NCBI GenBank assembly: GCA_002269645.1
Contig: NIVC01002346.1
Span: 1-30,001, forward strand
Source: Macrostomum lignano
Taxonomy: Eukaryota
DNA: 30,001 nucleotides
Reading direction: 5' to 3'
Part shown: positions 22,019 to 30,001 of the stretch, one piece after another
How the letters are laid out: every line of letters starts with the position of its first letter
Position numbering within the stretch: the first letter of the stretch is position 1
Position numbers and translations under genes: made by a program
Notes under the pieces: generated by a model
The model's input: the letters and a program-made list of their open reading frames with translations, nothing else
Databases searched by the model: none
Told to the model about the DNA's origin: nothing

Positions 22019-23867
22019 CTAACAACTAACAACTTTTGTAGCTTGCAAGTAATGATTAATCAGTACTTAGCAAAAGTAGCAATATTTTGCTGATTGATTC
22101 TTCAGAAAACCAGCTGCAATTTCACTATTTACCATTGGATTCAATACTTTTTTCATAAATCATATTCCTAATCTCATAGGTTTATTAGTAAATGATTGAT
22201 TGCTTTTGCTCTATTAACCCAATTGAGCAGAAACTTTAGCATTGAATTCAATAAATATAGCTCCATGTTTTTATACCTGCCTAACTGTTAGCCAACCTGG
22301 CCAATCTACCCACTGTAAATTATGGTAGACTAGGCCTAGGGGCAAGTTGCAGAAGTGCCCACTTAAAAAATATAGACATAGTACTTATTAGATGATAAGT
22401 TGTTTAGCCTTGATAAGACAATCATAGTTATTCTTTCTCTTTACCCTAGATTGTATTAATTTTTGCTTTAGGGTCTTTTCTTAGGTAAGTTGCATTTTTG
22501 GTCAAAAATTTTACTTATTTAAATTGCATGGCCAGAGTGTAAATTAGGGGGTTTGGGCCATACTCAGGAAGGTGTCACATGTGTGGGGGAATATATTTCA
22601 ACATATTTTTGGAGTATGCGCTGTGTGCAAAGCTAAATATGAATTTATGCACTAAGGCCTATATTCGTTTATTGACAAATACATAGCTAGAGTACTAATG
22701 TGCCATAGCAATAAAAAACTCAGTAGAAGTCCAATTAAAACAAAAGTAAAAAAACAGATTAATTTTAATACCCTTTTTTCAACTCAAAACTTTGTGCTTT
22801 ATTTTAGTTCACATAGAAAATTGTCAAAAGAATTAGCTTAAACTTTATGGTAAAATTCTATTTTGAATTTTACTATTTGTTTCACTTACCAAGAAACAAT
22901 TTTTTAATTGATATGATTGGAAAAAAAACAATATAAAAGCTTATTTTACGTACTACATATGCAGATTATACATTTAGGTGACTCATTGTACCAGTAAGCT
23001 AAATTTTTCTGATCAGCTTTTGCTATGTGCCACTGTGCACTTAAAATTTATGCTAATCCTTAATTTGTTGTGCGCCATGTGGGCCACTTTAAGCCAATTT
23101 TTGTTGATGTGCGCCGGAATTTTCTGTCATAATGTACACCTTCCTGAGTGTGGGGTTTGGGCATGTATGCATGTTTGTATAAAATTTTATCAGAATTGAT
23201 TGAATTAGATACAGAGATATAAAGGGTGTCCAAGAACTTTTTGGACGCACTAAGGTAATACCATTATATTTTTAATAGAACTCCAAATAGAGTTTTATGA
23301 GTCTGGGTGCTAACAAGCAATCCATAATTAGGATTTAGGAATATGCTTTTTTACAAAATTGGGTCACTATGTGCCTAGAACTAGCAATAGCCTATGTTCT
23401 AACATCATATTGTTGCATCAATTCAAGGTTGACTTGTATTAAAAAATGCCATTCTTCTCTTTGCTATAAGCACTTAAGTCTTTATATGCCAATTTGCCAA
23501 AAATTTTTTGAAATTTATTAGACTTTCTAACATTACAAAAATAACCTTTGGTTGCAATAGGGCTCTAATATAGTAGGTGTATATGATGATTGAATATAGT
23601 GCATTCTACTAATATATCATTAATCCATATATCTTTATTACATGCAATTTTTGTTTCTTTCTGATAAATTGAAGTCACTTATTGTTAGTGATACCGAATC
23701 AGCAAACATATTTGCTTTTTAATATAAAACTGAACAATTAGTTGTTCTACTCATGTGCTGAGTGTTTCCATGTCTGCGTAAGTTTAATGATGCCTTTCAG
23801 TTTATTTTCCTGCTAAGTTTGTTGAATTGAGCTTAGCATGGAGAGGTCTACACCACAAAAAAACCAC

Positions 23868-24122
23868 AAAATTGGTTATAAGCTCCCATAGAAACCACTA
23901 AATTGGTCATAAGCTACCATTGAATCACTATAGTGGTCATAGTGGTCATAGCCTATGCTATAGTGGTCATAGGCTATCATAGAATCGCTGGATTGGTCAT
24001 AGGCTACCATTAAATCACTATAGTGGTCATACCCTACTATAGTGGTCATAGGCTACCATAGAGTCGCCGAATTGTTCATAAGCTACCACAGAGTCGCTGG
24101 ATTGGTCATAGGCTACCACAGC
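23868..24122 (+). repeat. Degenerate minisatellite of about 31 bp, core (A/G)TGGTCATAGGCTACCA
   Basis: About 10 recurrences of the TGGTCATA core in 255 bp. Confidence 0.9.
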
Positions 24123-24144
24123 AAGGAGACGTCAAATCGATTAA

Positions 24145-24220
24145 TATAAAGTCCCGTGCTTTCCCTCACGCAGAGCGGCGCTGCAACTGCTGCAACTGCG
24201 CTTGCTGTGAGACCACAATG
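24145..24220 (+). promoter_or_regulatory. Possible TATA-containing promoter and first exon upstream of the LDLa gene
   Basis: TATAAA at 24145-24150 is followed by a CpG-rich segment in otherwise AT-rich DNA and by ACAATGG (strong Kozak-like context) at 24218. Confidence 0.3.
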
Positions 24221-25046
24221 GCCACCAGTTCGTCGGCTGGTAGCAGCCCTACAAATAGTCCCGGACCCGTTCAACTTCACGCAATAAACAGCACGGATAT
24301 GTTGGTCCGGCCTCTCCTAAGTCTAAAGTTTCACCTGCAACTGAGTCTAATAGCCCTGACGACGTAGTGACAACTCAGCCTCAAGTTTCGTCGAAAAATT
24401 AACGCAACGTTTTTTAATTCTACTACTGTTACTAGCGTACAAAAGTAGTATAATAATCTGGCAAACGATGGTATTGCTATAATTGCATTGCACACTGCAT
24501 GACAGACTTTTGGGAAATTCAACAAATCATTTTAGGCAAGTTTGTTGAACCATCAGTCTCGAATATTGTGTGAATGCTATTGGGCTCCATCGCAGAATGC
24601 TGTGAGTCTGAGTATATTATAAGCAACAGTTGCTAACAATATTTACTTTTTTCCTACTCAATAAAGTTATTTTTTAGTTTTGCACTGCTGAGTTAAGTAC
24701 ATTGAGTACTTTATAATTTTAACTTAAAATACTCCGTCCAAACCTGTTTTTCTATACATATTTTGCAATTTTCAATTTTCTGGGCCTTAGTCTATTTGTG
24801 TTATTGACCAAAGTTATTTTTTGGATTTAATAATAAACCTACGCTTTATTTCATTAGCGTATTTAATTTTAAATGACTTCAATCTTACTGGAATTTTTTA
24901 GCATAGTCACAGATAGGAGGAGTATATTTCGTGTAGCTAACTTGTGTGTTTAAAAAAGATCGATTTTGAATAAACAAATACTTCAGCATGTTTCAACTGC
25001 GCTGTCAGAACCGTCATCAGGCGTGACCAGCTTGTAGAATTCTCAG

Positions 25047-25597
25047 ATGGCTTCAACTACCGCTGCCGCAGCCCTTATTTGGGCCGTTTTGACCAGCAAC
25101 GCGGCACTCTCAGAGGACTCGGCTAGCGTTGTTAAAAAGCCCGACACTGTGTTAAATAATCCCAGCGGTTCTACCCAAACACCGCCTCTAGAGTCAACTA
25201 CTGTCAGTAGAAAGCTGGACATCACTAATTATCTACTGCCAAGAATTCATAAGCGCTGCCTGAAAACTGACGATAGATTGAATTACATCGATCACAGCCT
25301 GCTGATTGGCACCCAACAGCCTGATGAGAGTCTTCTTGACGCCTTCATCCTGTGCGATGGCGCTTTCACCTGGGCAGCTGTGAGCAGCAACTCTGATGAG
25401 TTAAACAGGGAATTCACCTGGCGATTAGCGTTCAATATCAATTCGCCACCGGAATGCGGAGACACCCTGGTGCTCAACTCCAGCGAGTTCAGTCCGTTGG
25501 CGCATCACCAGCATTGGCACAGTAAAATGCGCAGCGAATCTGTAGAGTTCAACTGTACTAACAGGGTTTATCCATATCTGCACAAGACTAAGTACAG
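25047..25597 (+). CDS. Secreted/membrane LDLa-domain protein, exon 1 (signal peptide plus extracellular, possibly CUB-like, region)
   Basis: Hydrophobic N-terminus MASTTAAAALIWAVLTSNAALS and GC-rich codon usage. The donor CAG|GTGTGT at 25598 is phase 2. Confidence 0.75.
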
Positions 25598-25832
25598 GTG
25601 TGTTCTTCCGTGTCTGACCAAGGCACAGAGTTTGTACACTGCCTGAAGATGAGAATAGAAAGTCAGGGCCGATTTACATCCTGTCTGCTCAGTGGAATTG
25701 GGAATAACTGCAATGTACCGAGTTTATGATGTCATTTTCAGATGGTGCAAACAAACTGCGACTTAAGTTGAAGGATGTACCATAGAAGAAAAATCTTATA
25801 TTTTCAGGCACAAAAATAGCGATAGTGTTTTA

Positions 25833-26147
25833 TGAAATGTATCCCACTTTGCCTCTACGCCTTGTCTATGTCTCTAGTGCTTCGCTAGCGGAGATTCTCA
25901 CTAAGTGACCTCCGCTGCCATAGACAATAAAATTAACTCTTTGAGCCAAGGTGAGGCTGGTTAAACACTTTCTTCTACCATGGACAAAACGTGTCTTGCG
26001 AATACAGGGAGCGGAGAATACTCGTAATCTCCGCGAATCTAGTCAATATTCTCCGCTCCTTGCATTCGTGGGATACATTTCAATAACCAACTGAAACTCG
26101 GAGAATGTCTATGGCAAATGCATATACATAGACATTCTCCTCGTTTC
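25833..26147. repeat. Cluster of inverted repeats (foldback/MITE-like) in the intron
   Basis: A perfect 15-bp IR (25833-25847 / 26068-26082), a 34-bp IR (25987-26020 / 26047-26080), a perfect 14-bp IR (26100-26113 / 26127-26140) and a nested IR at 25862-25927. Confidence 0.85.
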
Positions 26148-26384
26148 GGTAGGCTATTATACATCAGATCAAATTCCTACCTTTCTATACGAGTTGAGCA
26201 TAAAGTCCAAATCTAAAAAATATGAAGTTAACTATCTAAAAAAATATGAAGAAGTGCTATTTAGAGAGGCTCCTTGGGTAGCACATACAGCTACGTTAAG
26301 TTATCAGAAAATTATCAAGAGATGGCGAAAAATAGTATGGGCAGAAAGTAGACTTGAAACAGTCTGTATTTATTCCGCACACAG

Positions 26385-26796
26385 ATTTGCTAAATTATCG
26401 TGGCGTCGCTCGAACATGACTCGAGCATCGGGCATGACAATATCCGTACTAATCTATGCCCGCTTCCGAGTCCATCTGACCCGAGAAGATCGATTATCGA
26501 GCTGTGTAAAGTACATGTACAATGGTTTCTGGTGCGGCTCGAGCTCCATGAATGACACCGGCGGCCACTGCATCTACAGCAATCACTATTGCAACGGCTA
26601 CGATGACTGTCTGGACGCTGGCAGTGCCTCTGATCTGTCTTCGGACGAAATTGACTGTCAGAGACATTTTCACGGGATAGATTTTTTAGGTCCTGGTCAG
26701 TCGTCAGGACTGGGCCCTTCGGCTGGAGTGATCGCCCTGATGCTGTTGGCTGTGTTGGCTTCGCAATTGCTAATTAGTCGTCAAATAATTGTTTAA
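26385..26796 (+). CDS. LDLa-domain protein, exon 2 (LDL-receptor class A repeat plus C-terminal hydrophobic anchor). Two-exon model is 963 nt, 320 aa
   Basis: Encodes FWC...GHCIYSNHYCNGYDDCLD...SDEIDC, then GVIALMLLAVLASQLLI. The acceptor TTATTCCGCACACAG is phase 2 and joins exon 1 in frame (KYR|FAKLSW). Confidence 0.8.
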
Positions 26797-26869
26797 TTAG
26801 CGCCGCTATAGGTTTTTTAATCAAAGCATCAAAACTGCAATTTACCATTTACACTGCAGAGTAGTATGC

Positions 26870-27290
26870 AGACTCCATGTTTACAGATTTACTGACACGT
26901 TGGAAACGTTATCGTGACAATAATCGCAAAATAACCATTGCTTTTTTCAACGACTCAAACGACTACGAGTATAGTGCGACGGAGAGGCGACTGTTGAGTC
27001 ACGAGAGCATCACGTGAGTTTTAGGAATCGTAGAAAGAGTCGAAAAATTCGTCCAATAGTCGTTGTGCTAGTACTTAACTTTCTACCAATTATAGTAAAC
27101 TAAGTAACAGTTGTTATAAATACGAAAGCGCCCATGAGTAGCAGACAATTAAACGTCTAAAATTAACTCATGCGACTCTGACGACTTTTACCGACGACAT
27201 TTCGACGTTTTATAGAGTCGTATACTGTAGAGTCACTCCTTTCCGATTTTAACCGTGTCATCTGCAGCAACTCCAGGCGCTTTTTGGTCT
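26870..27290 (+). repeat. Dispersed GACTC/GAGTC-rich repeat, copy 2
   Basis: Diverged colinear homology to 17298-17840. Confidence 0.75.
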
Positions 27291-27809
27291 GGGTCACAGA
27301 AGTTTGGAACTCCCACGAACTAAAAAAAATATCAAAAAGTATTAATGCTTGCAATGAAATATTGAAATTGAAAGATTAGAAGCTAAAAAAATGAAATGCA
27401 TCATTAACATACTACGTGACACAGAAAATCTAGAATCATTTTTACAATACGCTCTAATAGTTATTAAAATAGTTTATCGATGGTTTTACCTCACCTAGTC
27501 GCAATGTTTTACAGCTCAATGCTTTATCATGCGAGCTAAAATCTAGTCATATCTTATAGTTTATTTTTATATTCTGCTTAAGCACTGCTGTTTATCCTAA
27601 AAAGATACCTTACTGAGATGCTTATTTTGCTTATTATTATTGTTCCCTATTTAAAGTGTACAATGTAAATTTTCCAAAAATTATATTTATTTCTTCGCAT
27701 TCGAAAATGTATATTTTTGTCTAAGCTTATATTCTTTTCAATAATTATCAAATTATTTTGATCTTCTAGAATGTAACCCCAACCGCTCATTAACCAGGCC
27801 CGTTGTCTT

Positions 27810-28700
27810 CAGAATGTACATGCTCCCACCCCTCACTAAGCAGGCCCGGTATCTCTTCAAAATGTACATCAGAATGTACATGCTCCAACCCCTCACTAAG
27901 CAGGCCCGTTATCTCTTCAAAATGTACATCAGAATGTACATGCTCCAACCCCTCACTAAGCAGGCCCGTTATCTCTTCAAAATGTACATCAGAATGTACA
28001 TGCTCCAACCCCTCACTAAGCAGGCCCGTTATCTCTTCAAAATGTACATCAGAATGTACATGCTCCAACCCCTCACTAAGCAGGCCCGTTATCTCTTCAA
28101 AATGTACATCAGAATGTACATGCTCCAACCCCTCACTAAGCAGGCCCGTTATCTCTTCAAAATGTACATCAGAATGTACATGCTCCAACCCCTCACTAAG
28201 CAGGCCCGTTATCTCCTACATCAATTAAGAATGTACATGCTTCCAACCCCTTACTAAGCAGGCCCTTATCTCCTACATCAATTAAGAATGCACATGCTTC
28301 CACCCCTTACTAACCAGGCCCCTTATCTCCTACATCAATTAAGAATGCACATGCTTCCATCCCTTACTAACCAGGCCCCTTATCTCCTACATCAATTAAG
28401 AATGCACATGCTTCCATCCCTTACTAACCAGGCCCCTTATCTCCTACATCAATTAAGAATGCACATGCTTCCACCCCTTACTAACCAGGCCCCTTATCTC
28501 CTACATCAATTAAGAATGCACATGCTTCCATCCCTTACTAACCAGGCCCCTTATCTCCTACATCAATTAAGAATGCACATGCTTCCACCCTTACTAACCA
28601 GGCCCGAACTTATTTATTCAAAATGTACATCAGAATGTACATGAACCACCACTCACTAAACAAGCCCGTTATCTCTTTAAAAAGTACACCAGAATATAAG
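27810..28700 (+). repeat. Compound minisatellite: 60-bp units switching to related 57-bp units, then a degenerate 60-bp-type unit
   Basis: About 7 copies of CAGAATGTACATGCTCCAACCCCTCACTAAGCAGGCCCGTTATCTCTTCAAAATGTACAT, followed by about 6-7 copies of the AAGAATGCACATGCTTCC... unit. Confidence 0.98.
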
Positions 28701-28767
28701 TAAACTCTAGCTAGCCAGTGTTTATCAAATTTACAATTTTGCATGTAAAAACGAATCAATCGCCGAG

Positions 28768-29601
28768 ATGAGCGGCAACCGAAAGTCAGTCAATAAGCCA
28801 GTTAAAGCTTCCCTGGAGTGGGTGCTCGATGACCTTCATTATCAGTACCAGCCTTCGGCTCCATCGAATCCAGACGAGCGGGCTCAGCTTCATCAAGACG
28901 AAGAGCTAAACCAGCTGCTAGCGAGATTGAAGAGCAAGTTCGCTCCTCCTGAACCGGCTTATCTGCAACTGCAAATGAAAGTCGAATCCGGCATGCTCTC
29001 GAACGAAGATGATCCCTATTTCGTGTCCAGTCGTGCTCAGCAACCAGATTTTGCAGATTCCGTAGCTTCGGTTGTTGAAATTGAATCTTCTCCGACTGCT
29101 GCTATAATGGCTCCGACTCTGAACTCGACAATTAGCAGATTAGCTAATTACCTGTCCGATAAACACGGCGGAGATTTCGGTAATGCAGGTAGTAATAGTC
29201 AGTCGGTTTATCGAGCTGCCCACGACAACGGACAGCCGATGGAACAGCAGAAGCAGATGTCGTCTCAGGTGTTGCAAAACGGACGTCAGCAGAAGGCATT
29301 ACAACAGCAGTTCGATTATCCGCAACACGTGTCCGTTGCTGCGATGAAGGCTCGGCTGCTGAGCGTGGATCAGGAGAAGCGCTTCTCTTGCTACATCTGC
29401 CAGCGCAGGTTCCACCTGTTCGCTCACCTTCGCAACCACTTGGAGACGCACACGGGCGAGAAGAGGCACGAGTGCGAGCAGTGCGGCAAGTGCTTCGCCA
29501 CCCTGACCAGCTTGAAGCGTCACGTGCCGATTCATCATTCGGATAAAAAGTACAGATGCTCCGTGTGCGGCAAGGCCTACGCTAATCAAGGCTACCTGAA
29601 G
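28768..29601 (+). CDS. C2H2 zinc-finger protein, first coding exon (gene continues beyond the window)
   Basis: Open frame from ATG 28768 (MSGNRKSVNKP...). It encodes FSCYICQRRFHLFAHLRNHLETH-TGEKR-HECEQCGKCFATLTSLKRHVPIH-HSDKK-YRCSVCGKAYANQGYLK, with a probable donor AAG|GTACAT. It is missing from the ORF track because the frame has no stop before the window end. Confidence 0.9.
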
Positions 29602-29654
29602 GTACATTCCACTGTCTGGAGCTTAATGAGTTTTAATTTCAATAAACTTAGCTA

Positions 29655-29695
29655 TGTATCTATCTGTCTGTATCTATCTTTTTTTTATTTATCTA

Positions 29696-29749
<54 letters not shown>

Positions 29750-29819
29750 CCTATCTATCTATCTACCTATCTATCTATCTATCTATCTATCTAGCTATCT
29801 ATCTATCTATCCATCTATA

Positions 29820-29850
<31 letters not shown>

Positions 29851-29880
29851 CATCTATATATCTATCTATCTATCCATCTA

Positions 29881-29923
<43 letters not shown>

Positions 29924-30001
29924 ATCTGTCTATCTATCTCTATCTATCTATCTATCTATTATCAGTTCATCAATCCATCTATCTATCTGTCTATCTATTT
30001 A
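29655..30001 (+). repeat. (TATC)n/(GATA)n microsatellite, probably intronic
   Basis: About 350 bp of TATC units with variants. Confidence 0.98.

Noticed and set aside
25320-25400. CTGATGAG hammerhead-like cores
   Set aside because: They lie inside coding sequence and lack a properly placed GAAA and flanking stems.
27790-28644. Repetitive ORFs (Cys-rich SKCTSECTC..., MYMLQPLTKQ...) as a repeat protein or N-terminal extension of the zinc-finger gene
   Set aside because: Unit lengths are multiples of three so several frames stay open. Stops at 28255, 28642 and 28708 separate them from the zinc-finger frame, and no splice support was seen.

Overview
Repeat-rich eukaryotic (probably invertebrate animal) genomic DNA. 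There is no prokaryotic organisation, CRISPR array, rRNA gene or intact tRNA gene. Three spliced plus-strand genes can be built: a complete 4-exon MGAT1/GnT-I (about 438 aa, 15105-19400), a 2-exon secreted/membrane-anchored LDLa-domain protein (about 320 aa, 25047-26796), and the 5' part of a C2H2 zinc-finger gene (from 28768) that the ORF track omits. The window opens with a frameshifted PIF1-family helicase C-terminus fused to a 3.2 kb 15-bp satellite with nested higher-order repeats. Other repeats are a CORE-type tRNA-SINE, two copies of a second tRNA-SINE, two hAT-type MITEs with 8-bp target duplications, several mini/microsatellites and a 1.2 kb polypurine tract. The least explained items are (i) an 856-bp ORF-less, TSD-flanked retroposon in MGAT1 intron 2 carrying a duplicated, apparently structured RNA module, (ii) a cluster of interlocking hairpins in the LDLa-gene intron, and (iii) a tentative micro-exon gene on the minus strand. 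All analysis was by eye; no searches or folding programs were run.
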